From Phycisphaerales bacterium (GTDB lineage: Bacteria > Planctomycetota > Phycisphaerae > Phycisphaerales > UBA1924): a stretch of 59,934 nucleotides of DNA. The notes beneath the pieces were generated by a model. The model saw nothing but the letters and a program-made list of their open reading frames with translations, was not told where the DNA came from and searched no databases. The position numbers and the translations under genes are program-made. The stretch is taken from contig JAJDCZ010000012.1 in NCBI GenBank assembly GCA_029260555.1, forward strand, positions 1 to 59,934, given 5' to 3'. Positions 50,142 through 59,720 of this stretch are shown here, piece by piece (the first letter of the stretch is position 1; each line of letters begins with the position of its first letter).

Positions 50142-51794
50142 GTGCAGGAGGAACTTATCAGCATGTCAGATGATGTATGTTCTTCAGGAATCAAACTGGC
50201 TCCCATCGTGGGGCCTGCGATTGAGCCTGTCACGCCTGAGCTTGACAAGCGGACAGTGCTGGGCCGAGCGACGGAGTGTGATGTCTGCCTGCCTGATGCG
50301 AGTGTCTCACGAAGGCACCTGACACTGATTAACAGCCACGGCCAGTGGATGGTGACGGATCTGGGAAGCAGGCATGGCACATTTCTCAACGGCATCAAAC
50401 TTGTGCCACACAAACCCATTTTGACGGGGCATGGCGATCTGCTTCGCATAGGGCCGTTTACATTTCGTGTGGATTCTGCTCTGGATTCACCCCGCACAAT
50501 TGCTGAAACAGATGCCACGATTGCCCCGGGGTCGTTTGTCGAAGCTTTTTCAGATCAAGAATTGGATTTGCTGGCAAATAAACGCCTGGTCCTCATGACC
50601 AAAGGTTGTGATGCATTATATCAGGCTGGGACTGAAGTTGACCTTGGACTCGCTGTCATCAAACTGATCATGTCAGGAACGGGGTTTCCGCGCGCAGCCA
50701 TGCTGCGTTGGAGCAGTTCACCAGATCAGGTCGAGATCGTTGCGTTCCATGATGATCAGCATGATACTGCTGTTGGATTTGTGTTCAGTCAATCGTTGCT
50801 GGAGGCTTCAACTACGGGCTGCGTTGCAAGGCTGGCGATGAATGCTGAGCACTCCTTTGGGCAGAGCATCGCGGGGCTGGGTATCTCGTCAGCACTGTGC
50901 GCACCATTGGTTATTGATGCGACCGTTGTGGGAGCGATCTATCTAGACTCTCGCAATGGTGAAGTATCACCACAACCTGACGCTGCGAGCTTCTGTCATG
51001 CTGTGTCGCAAGTCGCCAGCCTGGCTTTTTCCAATCTGAAACGCATCGAACTTACAAAGAGACAAGAGCGACTTGATGCCGATCTGAAAGTCGCTCAGGA
51101 AGCTCAATCATTCCTGCTCCCCGCACCTTTGGGCAGAGTTGGCCAACTTGAATATGCTTCGCGGACATGCCCTGGCTCTGTTGTCGGCGGTGATCTCTTT
51201 GACATCTTTGAGATTGACGAGCACAGAACCGGAATCTGCTTTGGGGATATCACAGGTCATGGCATTGGGGCTGCGGTTTTGATGACCGCTGTGCTATCCA
51301 ATCTGCGTGCAGTTTTATCCAGTTGCGGCGATCCGGCGATTGCTGTCACCAAGGTCAATGCCTATCTGGCTCAACATTCTGCTGAACGCATGTTTGCCAC
51401 GCTCTGGGCTGGTGTGTTTGACGCAACTGATAACACGCTCAGGTTTGTTGATGCGGGTCATGGTCACTGGCTGATCTGCAATACGGATGCACGCCCCAAC
51501 CGACCCATCTTGCCTGGCGGTTTGATCATCGGCGTTCAGCCTGATTACCAGTACTCAGCTGAACAGATCAAACTCAATCCCGGTGATCGACTTGTCCTCT
51601 ACAGCGATGGCATCATCGAACAACCCAACGCTGAAAATGAACAGTTTGGAAACACTCGCCTGTGCGATGTGATTGCTCGCTCTGATTCGATCCAGGATGA
51701 TGTAGCTCAGGCTTTCACAGCTCTTGAACAGTTCACAGGGAGCAGCAGCTTTTCAGATGACACGACAATCGCATCCATCGAAGTTGGTGCCTAG
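50142..51794 (+). CDS. FHA-domain protein with central GAF-like domain and C-terminal PP2C-type (SpoIIE/RsbU-like) Ser/Thr phosphatase
   Basis: FHA: TVLGRATECDVCLPDASVSRRHLTLINSHGQWMVTDLGSRHGTFLNG. PPM phosphatase: VVGGDLFDIF, FGDITGHG, YSDGIIEQ. Confidence 0.7.
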   Translation: MQEELISMSDDVCSSGIKLAPIVGPAIEPVTPELDKRTVLGRATECDVCLPDASVSRRHLTLINSHGQWMVTDLGSRHGTFLNGIKLVPHKPILTGHGDLLRIGPFTFRVDSALDSPRTIAETDATIAPGSFVEAFSDQELDLLANKRLVLMTKGCDALYQAGTEVDLGLAVIKLIMSGTGFPRAAMLRWSSSPDQVEIVAFHDDQHDTAVGFVFSQSLLEASTTGCVARLAMNAEHSFGQSIAGLGISSALCAPLVIDATVVGAIYLDSRNGEVSPQPDAASFCHAVSQVASLAFSNLKRIELTKRQERLDADLKVAQEAQSFLLPAPLGRVGQLEYASRTCPGSVVGGDLFDIFEIDEHRTGICFGDITGHGIGAAVLMTAVLSNLRAVLSSCGDPAIAVTKVNAYLAQHSAERMFATLWAGVFDATDNTLRFVDAGHGHWLICNTDARPNRPILPGGLIIGVQPDYQYSAEQIKLNPGDRLVLYSDGIIEQPNAENEQFGNTRLCDVIARSDSIQDDVAQAFTALEQFTGSSSFSDDTTIASIEVGA

Positions 51795-52155
51795 AGCGAT
51801 CCGCAGTGTATAAAGACCCGTTTCGCATTGAAAATGGTGGGCATGCCCAGATGACTGTGTCTGCCTGAATCTTCTCAATTCACGACCAATACACATCAAA
51901 ACAGGTGCCACCCAGCCGTCTATGCCATCGCCTGTTATTCTACAAGCTCTTTCATATCAAAGTGTTGAGCGTTATAATTGTCATCTGATTACATCTTATG
52001 AAATACACTGTCTGGTATTGAAGCCTTGGGCGACCTGCTTTTGGGGATATGTGAAAAGTTGCGATTTGGGCTTTTGTGGAGCTTCCGGGTATGGTATAGT
52101 TGCTCTTGGTGGTTGGCAGGCTGGTCGTTTCACCAACGGGACGGGAGGTCCAAGG

Positions 52156-52395
52156 ATGTTGGTTATCACAAGGCGTGAGGGTGAGGAGGTTGTCATTGGC
52201 GACCCCAAGAACCCTATCGGTATTGTACGGATTGCTTCGATCAAGGGAGATCGGATCCGTGTGGCGTTTGATTTTCCTCGTGAAGTTGATGTGCACCGCC
52301 GCGAGGTGGCGGACCAGATTTTGGCTGGCAAGGACAATCATGTACCGGATGTAGTGGTCCGAGCCCGTCAGGCGGGCCAGTCCTGTCGAACCTGA
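52156..52395 (+). CDS. csrA: Carbon-storage regulator CsrA homologue (79 aa, about 18-aa C-terminal extension)
   Basis: MLVITRREGEEVVIGD...IRVAFDFPREVDVHRREV aligns with E. coli CsrA MLILTRRVGETLMIGD...VRIGVNAPKEVSVHREEI. GGAGG 7 nt upstream of the ATG. Confidence 0.8.
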   Translation: MLVITRREGEEVVIGDPKNPIGIVRIASIKGDRIRVAFDFPREVDVHRREVADQILAGKDNHVPDVVVRARQAGQSCRT

Positions 52396-52569
52396 TCAGT
52401 TCTTCCACACTCCCTGTTCATAAATTTTATAACTTTCATGGGATCTCAGCGCATATTCTGTGCTGGATAGTGTATCCTGTATATAGAGGACAAGTTTGTA
52501 TTCAATCATCTTTTGGCCTCTGAATAGAATTTCGTTGGCAGATGTACCAACGCACGCTGGGAGATCCGG

Positions 52570-53406
52570 ATGAGTTCAAGAGCTCTTGAATCGAGCATTC
52601 ATATCGATCTTGCTGATCGTCTGACATATTCAGACTATCTCAAACTCAACAATCTGCTCAATGCTCAGCAGCCACTGTCCAAGCCGGCGCATCATGATGA
52701 GATGCTCTTCATTGTTCAGCACCAGACTTCAGAGCTCTGGATGAAGCTGTTGATCCATGAGCTTTCCGCAGCTCGCATGCACATCAAAAACGATGCGCTT
52801 GAGCCTTGCTTTAAAATCCTCTCCCGCGTCAAGCATGTGCAAACCCAGCTGCTCAACCAGTGGAGCGTGCTGGCTACGCTGACGCCCAGTGAGTATCTTC
52901 AGTTTCGCGATGTGCTGGGTCATGCCAGCGGTTTTCAGTCCTGGCAATATCGCATTCTTGAATATACGCTTGGCAACAAGAACCGGGCCATGATGGCGGT
53001 GCACAAGCATGATCTGTATGCGTATGAACAGCTCGAAAAGGCGCTCTGTGCTCCCAGCATCTACGACGAGTTCCTCGCCTATCTCAACAGGAAAGGCTTT
53101 GCGATACCTGGCGAAGTGCTCGGACGCGACTTTACCAAGCCTCACGAGCCACATCCTGAGATCGTTGCAGTTTTCAAGAAGATCTATACCGACCCCAGCA
53201 CCCACTGGGATGCCTATGAGATGGCTGAGAAGCTCGTCGATATTGATGAGCATTTTTCACTCTGGCGTTTTCGTCATCTCAAAACGGTACAGCGCATCAT
53301 CGGCTGCAAGATCGGCACCGGGGGCTCCAGCGGCGTGCCCTTCCTCAAACAAGTCGTCGACCTGGTCTTCTTCCCGGAAATCTGGGATGTCCGCACCGAG
53401 TTGTAG
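52570..53406 (+). CDS. kynA: Tryptophan 2,3-dioxygenase
   Basis: TDO signatures [19 protein letters not shown], haem-binding region WRFRHL, GTGGSSG. 278 aa. Confidence 0.85.
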   Translation: MSSRALESSIHIDLADRLTYSDYLKLNNLLNAQQPLSKPAHHDEMLFIVQHQTSELWMKLLIHELSAARMHIKNDALEPCFKILSRVKHVQTQLLNQWSVLATLTPSEYLQFRDVLGHASGFQSWQYRILEYTLGNKNRAMMAVHKHDLYAYEQLEKALCAPSIYDEFLAYLNRKGFAIPGEVLGRDFTKPHEPHPEIVAVFKKIYTDPSTHWDAYEMAEKLVDIDEHFSLWRFRHLKTVQRIIGCKIGTGGSSGVPFLKQVVDLVFFPEIWDVRTEL

Positions 53407-53826
53407 CACGCTGTTGCAGGTCTGCACTGTATAAACGAAAAACCGCAAGGGTGCCACGACTCGCCGTCTTCGGCGCGGTCGTGTTTCTACAGACGAATGA
53501 GCGAAGACACTCCTGCGCTGCTGCGCATCGAGTAGTGGCACCTTCACAATCAGAGCTTCATGAGAAATTCTCCATAGCCAGCGAGTCTTTGAGTCGGCCA
53601 TGCCGGGTGCCAAGTTTGCACAGCTACTTGATGGTTATGCAGTCCATGAAAATGGTACGGTGGTGAAGCACGCACGACTCGAAGACTCGCTGTGCGTGGC
53701 ACACAACGCATTGCCGTCCCTGCCACTTATCTATTTGTTTGTCTTTGCAGACATCATTGTGCCGATCTGATACATTCCGGTGTGGCTGTTTGCCCGCTCA
53801 ATCAATCTTCTGGCTGGGAGGCTTGT

Positions 53827-54897
53827 ATGCCGTTGAGAAACAGAGACGCTTTGAGATATTTCGCCCTAGTCAGCATGGTTGCTTGTGCAGCTTCATCAGT
53901 TATGGCGCAACCCGGGGGATTGGGTGAGCCGGACGGGAACGGGTTTTACTGGTCCACTGTTGGTGCTGTGGGCAATGACCCGGTGCCCAAGCTCTTTGGA
54001 AATGGCATTAGTGCGTGGGGTCGCGGGCGGGTTGACTACCAGTACAACATCAGCCGCTTTGAGATTCGCACCGAGCAGTGGATGGAGTTTGTCAATACAT
54101 TCACGACGCAAAGTGATGCTCTGGCGAACTTCGGGAGGCCACTGTTCTGGGGAGCACGGGTTGATTCCACCTACACCGGTCCCGGTCGGCGCTATCGGCT
54201 GAGCAGTATTACAGATGCTGCTTGGCTGCCAGTGACAGCCATCACATGGCGCGATGCAGCTCGCTACTCCAACTGGCTGCACAACAACAAAGGCAGCGAT
54301 CTTTCAACACTCATCACCGGTGCTTATGACACGACGACCTGGACAACTGGTCCACCCTTTGGCGATGACCCCACCCACCTGCCCGGTGCCAGATTCTGGA
54401 TTCCTAATGTTGATGAATGGATCAAGGCAGGATATTACGATCCAGACAGGAATGGGCCGGGTCAAGGCGGTTGGTGGCTGCAACCCAATGGCAGCGATGT
54501 GCAATATCACGGCGCACCCCCTGCTGCCTGGGGCGGCGATGGCGAAACCAGTGCTTTTGATCCCGATGATTACAACCTGCCTGCATTTACAGAGTGGAAT
54601 ATCCCGCTGGGAGCCTACCCGGATTCACAAACACCCTGGGGGCTGTTTGATGTCAGCGGCGGGACGGAAGAATTGCTCGAAGACTGGGCTCCTGGTTCGC
54701 TGGCTGAGCGGATTTATATTGGATCCACAGCAGGGTCTGCTACGAGTATCGATGAACTTGGTGTTTCTATGGGGGGTGCGGGACCAGATATTGGAACTTT
54801 TAGCAGTGGCTTGCGCATTGTATCATTAGTACCTTCACCTAGTGGAGTAGCTTTGGCAATTGTATTGGGTGGCCTATGTTTACGGAGAAAACGATGA
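53827..54897 (+). CDS. Secreted formylglycine-generating-enzyme (FGE/SUMF1/EgtB/PvdO) family domain protein with PEP-CTERM anchor
   Basis: ATG 53827 after GGGAGG. Signal peptide. FGE-sulfatase domain motifs ITWRDAARYSNWLHN, RFWIPNVDEWIKAGY, WGLFDVSGGTEELLEDW. C-terminal VPSPSGVALAIVLGGLCLRRKR-stop. Confidence 0.65.
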   Translation: MPLRNRDALRYFALVSMVACAASSVMAQPGGLGEPDGNGFYWSTVGAVGNDPVPKLFGNGISAWGRGRVDYQYNISRFEIRTEQWMEFVNTFTTQSDALANFGRPLFWGARVDSTYTGPGRRYRLSSITDAAWLPVTAITWRDAARYSNWLHNNKGSDLSTLITGAYDTTTWTTGPPFGDDPTHLPGARFWIPNVDEWIKAGYYDPDRNGPGQGGWWLQPNGSDVQYHGAPPAAWGGDGETSAFDPDDYNLPAFTEWNIPLGAYPDSQTPWGLFDVSGGTEELLEDWAPGSLAERIYIGSTAGSATSIDELGVSMGGAGPDIGTFSSGLRIVSLVPSPSGVALAIVLGGLCLRRKR

Positions 54898-56819
54898 AAA
54901 AGCAATTAATAAAAATAGGTTTATTTGTTTTCACACTCTTTTTTGCAGCAAATTCCTATGCTGTTAACGAAGTCGCTGTCAAAATTTATGACGGGTTTCT
55001 TGGCACTGCCACACATCTTGTTACCATTCGGATTGATGCTGGACAGGCCGCAAGCATCAATCTGCCTGTTGCGGCCAAAAGAGTCAACATTGAAGTGGCT
55101 TCCAACTTTGACGATGTCGGGGCATTAACTTTTACAGGCGGCCCTACAACTGGTGATACAGAAGTGAGAATCATTCTTGGATCTGGAATCACATTTGATG
55201 CATTGCCCCCTTCTATTGCAGTGGGTAATAACTGGTTTGGTCTGGATGCCATCGGTCTTGCCGATTCACATCTCTATGGAAAGACCGGTGGCGAAATTCT
55301 GGGAGATTTTATCGTTAACAAGATTGCCCGCCTTGATGTTGAAGACAACATCAAGGCCCTCATACAGGCGAGTGGACCACACATAGCGAACCAATTCGTT
55401 ATTTTTGCCGCGGGGATTTCTCAAGATGGTTTTATCAAATCAACAACAGGCGATGTAAAAAAAATCGAAATCCACGGCACCATGGCTGGCAACATCAATG
55501 TTGCAGGTGATCTCAATGAGCTTATTGTCAAAAAGAATACCCTTGGAAAAAAAGGCGATGTGGGCACGGCCAGCGGCGCGCCCATCAGAATTGACATCGG
55601 CGGCAATTCGGGGCGGATCTTGATTGACGGAACGGTTCACGACAATGTGACATTTGATATCGTTGGAACTTACGCAGAGTTTCGGACGGGTGAAAGCAAC
55701 CCAACAAACCCTGTCAGCCCTTTTAATGGAGAATTCAATGCGGACGGACCACCAATTAACCCAAATGGAGATCCTAACAATGATCCGATACTTGGATTCC
55801 AGATACGAGGGGATTTAAGCGGGTCGTATGAAGTCAATAAAGAACAGGACACGCAAATAATCGTTACTGGCAATATCGCATCAACCGGCAAGATCATTAT
55901 TCATGATAACTTGCAGGGAACTAATGCAGGTGGTTTCATACAAATTGACGGGTTCATGCAAGGCCTGATCCTAATTGATGGAACGCTCATATCAACTTCG
56001 TGGATAGAAATAATCGAAAAACAAGGCCTCACAGGGCAGATTATTATCAATGCAGATTCCACAGTTTGTGGAGTATGGAATGGAACGGTATTTTATAAAG
56101 ACGCTACAGGGCAGGTAAGAGAACTGGAGCCCTGGAGATTCGATCTAACTGCGATTCAACCTCATTTAGCTCCAGCCTATGAAGTTTCAATGAGCGATCT
56201 TGGTGGCGGTGCAATTGGGCAAGCTCCGTTTAATTTTCATCAAAAGGACAGCATCCCTGTCCACGATTCAACAGTTTTTCCAATTCCCATTCCGGTCCAA
56301 ATCGAATTCTATGGACCTGTCTACGATTTGTCAGGCACACCTTCTATCAAGATTGAAGAAAAGCTGACAGTGGGTGGCCAATGGGCTGATGTAACCAGTC
56401 GGTTTGACACATTTTCCGAGAGTTCTCCTACAACTTTGGTGCGTTTTATAACTATTGTTCGAAAACCACTCCAGGCTGGTTTTCACTCAAACCACTCATA
56501 CCGATTCAGTGTGATTGGTGATGGCCTAAAGTGTGCCAATGTCGTCGGTAACCCGACTGTACGGTTTTGCAATAGAGAAGATGGCATGTGTGTTGTAAGT
56601 CTTGAGCCAGCAGATGTGTGCACGCCATCATTCGGGCCAGATGAAAAATATTACAGATTCTCAGTCGGTGGTTTCCTCATGCTGAACCTCAATGGCGATC
56701 AATGTGTCGACTCACTGGATGTTGCCTGCTGGCTGGCTCAGCCGGTGGATTTCAATGAAGATGCCGCTGCAAATGTTGTGGATCTGAACATCATGCTGGA
56801 CTACATCACAGCACCCTAG
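54894..56819 (+). CDS. Large secreted protein of unknown function (about 640 aa) with C-terminal dockerin-like module. AT-richer than the window average.
   Basis: ATG overlaps the upstream stop (ATGA). Signal peptide MKKQLIKIGLFVFTLFFAANSYA. No catalytic motif recognised. C-terminal LNLNGDQCVDSLDVACWLAQPVDFNEDAAANVVDLNIMLDYI resembles the dockerin-like tail of the 1974..4454 protein. Confidence 0.5.
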   Translation: MKKQLIKIGLFVFTLFFAANSYAVNEVAVKIYDGFLGTATHLVTIRIDAGQAASINLPVAAKRVNIEVASNFDDVGALTFTGGPTTGDTEVRIILGSGITFDALPPSIAVGNNWFGLDAIGLADSHLYGKTGGEILGDFIVNKIARLDVEDNIKALIQASGPHIANQFVIFAAGISQDGFIKSTTGDVKKIEIHGTMAGNINVAGDLNELIVKKNTLGKKGDVGTASGAPIRIDIGGNSGRILIDGTVHDNVTFDIVGTYAEFRTGESNPTNPVSPFNGEFNADGPPINPNGDPNNDPILGFQIRGDLSGSYEVNKEQDTQIIVTGNIASTGKIIIHDNLQGTNAGGFIQIDGFMQGLILIDGTLISTSWIEIIEKQGLTGQIIINADSTVCGVWNGTVFYKDATGQVRELEPWRFDLTAIQPHLAPAYEVSMSDLGGGAIGQAPFNFHQKDSIPVHDSTVFPIPIPVQIEFYGPVYDLSGTPSIKIEEKLTVGGQWADVTSRFDTFSESSPTTLVRFITIVRKPLQAGFHSNHSYRFSVIGDGLKCANVVGNPTVRFCNREDGMCVVSLEPADVCTPSFGPDEKYYRFSVGGFLMLNLNGDQCVDSLDVACWLAQPVDFNEDAAANVVDLNIMLDYITAP

Positions 56820-56831
56820 TGATACATCGAC

Positions 56832-56866
56832 CACCCGGGTTGAAAGCAACACCCAGGTGTTTTTTC
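56832..56866 (+). terminator. Rho-independent terminator downstream of 54894..56819
   Basis: CACCCGGGTT-GAAAGCAA-CACCCAGGTG imperfect 10-bp stem, followed by TTTTTT at 56860..56865. Confidence 0.55.
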
Positions 56867-57031
56867 AGATCAAATAGAATGCTTCGTGAGTGACTCTCCC
56901 CCCTACCTCAACGACTCAAGCAACGCCTTGACCTTCTTGGGGGAGACTCGGCCCCACACCTTCCACCTTTGCCACATAAAACTCCCCGCCCACCCCTTTG
57001 CCCACCTGTTTGTTTGGTATATGATCGGCAC

Positions 57032-58285
57032 ATGAAAGCCGCTGATCCATTGCATCTGACAACGCTCTGGCTTGATATGGATGCCTACTTCGCCTCCGCC
57101 GAGCAGCATCTCAATCCGCCTTTGCGGGGCAGGCCTGTTGCGGTTGTTCCTGTCTTTCATCGCTCGGGGCGCAGGCCAGCGGAGAACTCCTGCTGTATTG
57201 CGGTTTCCTACGAAGCCCGGCCCAGTGGTGTCAGGACCGGTACCTCTGTTCATGAAGCGCGCAGGCTCTGTCCCAGCCTTCGCTTTGTGCATGCACGACC
57301 CGCGCAATATGTTCAGCTTCATCATGACATCATCAGCACCATTGATCTGGCCCTGCCTGTTGATCATGCCTATTCCATTGACGAGTTCGCCTGTCGATTG
57401 CTCGGCTCTGAGCGTGATCCCGCTTATGCCAACAACCTGGGGCTCAAGATCAAACGCCTGATGCGCAGTCGCTTCAGCAATGCACTCTCCTGCTCGATCG
57501 GCATTGCCCCCAATCGCCTGCTGGCCAAGGTCGCTGCGGACAGTCACAAGCCCAATGGCCTGAGCATCGTTCAGTCTGCGATGTTGCCCGCATGCATGTT
57601 TGATCTGGCTCTTGATGACTGGCCGGGGATCAGCCGAGGCATGATGACCCGGTTTGCGCGCCATGGCATCACAACCACCAAGGGGATGTACGGACTTGAT
57701 GAATCGGAGATGGCCAGTGTCTTTGGCTCGGTTGATGGCCGCCGCTGGTGGATGCTCATTCGTGGCATTGATCTGCCGGACAAAAAAACCGCGCGACGCA
57801 CGCTTGGTCATCAGCATGTACTGCCACCTGACAAACGCAACCGTGAACAAGCCAGACGCGTGCTCGTGCGTTTGCTGGCCAAGGCTGCCCAGCGTATGCG
57901 GCGTGAAGGGTATCGTGCAGGTGAGCTGGTCTGTGCTGCAAGGCTGCTGCCTCAGGGGCAATGGTCCAGACGAACGATCCTGCCCCCGACGAACTCGACG
58001 CGCGTCTTTCTGGCTGCCATGGCTGAGCAGTGGTCTACCGCACCGCGTGCAAGGTACCTCGTCGTTGCGACCACGCTTCAGCACCTGACACCCATGAACT
58101 ATGCCCCGGACCCACTCTTTGCTGATGAACAGGCTGAGGAACGACTCGATCTTGCCATTGACACCATCAACACCCGCTTTGGCTACGCGGCCATCAGGCC
58201 CGCCAGTGCTGACATGGCTGCAGCGCCCATGCGGATCCCCTTCTCCAGCGTGCCCGACCTGACCATGCCGGACCTGCACGCCTGA
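57032..58285 (+). CDS. dinB: Y-family DNA polymerase (DinB/Pol IV-like, catalytic residues intact)
   Basis: LWLDMDAYFASAEQ (DinB: HVDMDCFFAAVE), AVSYEARPSGVRTG, SIDEFACRL (DinB: SLDEAYLD). Palm, fingers and little-finger collinear. Start at ATG 57032. Confidence 0.8.
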   Translation: MKAADPLHLTTLWLDMDAYFASAEQHLNPPLRGRPVAVVPVFHRSGRRPAENSCCIAVSYEARPSGVRTGTSVHEARRLCPSLRFVHARPAQYVQLHHDIISTIDLALPVDHAYSIDEFACRLLGSERDPAYANNLGLKIKRLMRSRFSNALSCSIGIAPNRLLAKVAADSHKPNGLSIVQSAMLPACMFDLALDDWPGISRGMMTRFARHGITTTKGMYGLDESEMASVFGSVDGRRWWMLIRGIDLPDKKTARRTLGHQHVLPPDKRNREQARRVLVRLLAKAAQRMRREGYRAGELVCAARLLPQGQWSRRTILPPTNSTRVFLAAMAEQWSTAPRARYLVVATTLQHLTPMNYAPDPLFADEQAEERLDLAIDTINTRFGYAAIRPASADMAAAPMRIPFSSVPDLTMPDLHA

Positions 58286-58300
58286 GTCTAGACTTGCCCA

Positions 58301-58990
58301 ATGTGTGGCCGCATAGCACTCAACACCCCGGCAGACATCCTCGCTGAGATCTTCGGCCTCTCGATCCCGTCTGACTATCACCCACGCTACAACATCGCCC
58401 CCACCCAGGACACGCTGGTCATCTGCGCAAGCGACACTGGTCATGAATCGCTCATGGCACGCTGGGGCTTCATCCCCTCCTGGCGCAAGGCGGATCAGAA
58501 AGGCCCCGAGCCGATCAATGCTCGCAGTGAAACCGCTGCAACCAGTCTGCTCTTTGGCTCGGCACTCAAGTCGCAGCGCTGCATCGTCCCCGCCAGTGGT
58601 TTTTACGAATGGCAGGCTGTCCAGGGCCAGAAACGCAAGAGGCCGCATGTCATCAAGCCAGTCAAAACGCCCGTGCTGGCCCTTGCAGGGCTGTGGTCGC
58701 GCTGGCAGTTGCAGGAAAACGAGTCCATCGACACCTTCACGATCCTTACTTGCGCTCCCAATGAGACCATGAAGCAGATCCATCATCGCATGCCTGTGAT
58801 TCTTCCCCCCAGTGCCATCAATCCCTGGCTCGACCCGGCGCTTGACGATGTGCAGACCATCACAAAGATGCTTCAGCCAGCACCTGCAGCTTCGATCACC
58901 ACCCACGAAGTCTCCACCTGGATCAACAGCACCGCACACGACGACCCGCGATGCATCGAACCCGTCAGCAAGACTGATACCTTGTTCTGA
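58301..58990 (+). CDS. yedK: SOS-response-associated peptidase (SRAP/YedK family, abasic-site processing protein)
   Basis: N-terminal MCGR (catalytic Cys2), YNIAPTQ, CIVPASGFYEW, HHRMPVIL. 229 aa. Confidence 0.85.
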   Translation: MCGRIALNTPADILAEIFGLSIPSDYHPRYNIAPTQDTLVICASDTGHESLMARWGFIPSWRKADQKGPEPINARSETAATSLLFGSALKSQRCIVPASGFYEWQAVQGQKRKRPHVIKPVKTPVLALAGLWSRWQLQENESIDTFTILTCAPNETMKQIHHRMPVILPPSAINPWLDPALDDVQTITKMLQPAPAASITTHEVSTWINSTAHDDPRCIEPVSKTDTLF

Positions 58991-59225
58991 CAGCCAGTCT
59001 TTGACCCTATACCTCTTCTCAAAACAGTGGACACGGGCGAAGATCGCAGCAGCGCTTCAAGCGATTGCCACCACCACATACCTGTGTCGCAGTGCGTTTG
59101 CTAACAAGTGAATGCTTTGGGAGCTCACACCACGGTTTTGAACGATCTACATGTCTGGTTGGCGATAACCGTTTATGCCGCTCTCTTAGTCCCTGAGGGT
59201 TCTGCATTGAGCACATGGACCACCA

Positions 59226-59579
59226 TCACGAAAGCAACTCCCCTAGCAGTGTGGCCGCGCATAATGAGAACACTGCCTGCACCTGAGTGCTGTACACCCG
59301 CCCGGTCATCACATAATTGACAAAGTGTTCACAGTTGAAGCTGATCAAGTTGTATTTTTGATATTTGCACTTTCGCAATCGACTCTTTACTGTTGCAAGC
59401 GACGGAGCTGGTCCATGATCTACGACTGTGTATGGTCCCTTGCATATGAACTCCCAATACGAAATCCGCCTGAGAAATCTCGCTTGCTTGTTCATTTCAA
59501 AAATATTGTTCTCATCAATGTACAGAACATGGTGTGAGTAAAATAACCTAAGCCACATCAGATGCTGAGTTTTGGACAT
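59226..59579 (-). CDS. LRAT/PLAAT-like NlpC/P60-superfamily protein (putative acyltransferase, phospholipase or peptidase) in an AT-rich islet
   Basis: His-then-Cys permuted papain-like order with the hallmark NCEHFVNYV motif and an upstream His (HHVLYID). 117 aa. Confidence 0.5.
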   Translation of the reverse strand: MSKTQHLMWLRLFYSHHVLYIDENNIFEMNKQARFLRRISYWEFICKGPYTVVDHGPAPSLATVKSRLRKCKYQKYNLISFNCEHFVNYVMTGRVYSTQVQAVFSLCAATLLGELLS

Positions 59580-59720
59580 GGTGCCCCCCCGTTTTGTTTA
59601 GATACCCCCAAATCACTTGGACCTATAACAATACGCCTCTTGCCATAAAGAATCAATATTCTCATGACAAGCAATGTCTATGGCAGAATCTCATCTGCCA
59701 TATAATAGTTTGTGCCCCCC

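Noticed and set aside
56903-58939. 678-aa ORF on the minus strand
   Set aside because: It lies entirely antisense to two strongly supported plus-strand genes (the Y-family polymerase and SRAP, both with clear family motifs). It has no recognisable motifs and an Arg/Gly/Pro-rich composition typical of shadow ORFs in GC-rich DNA.
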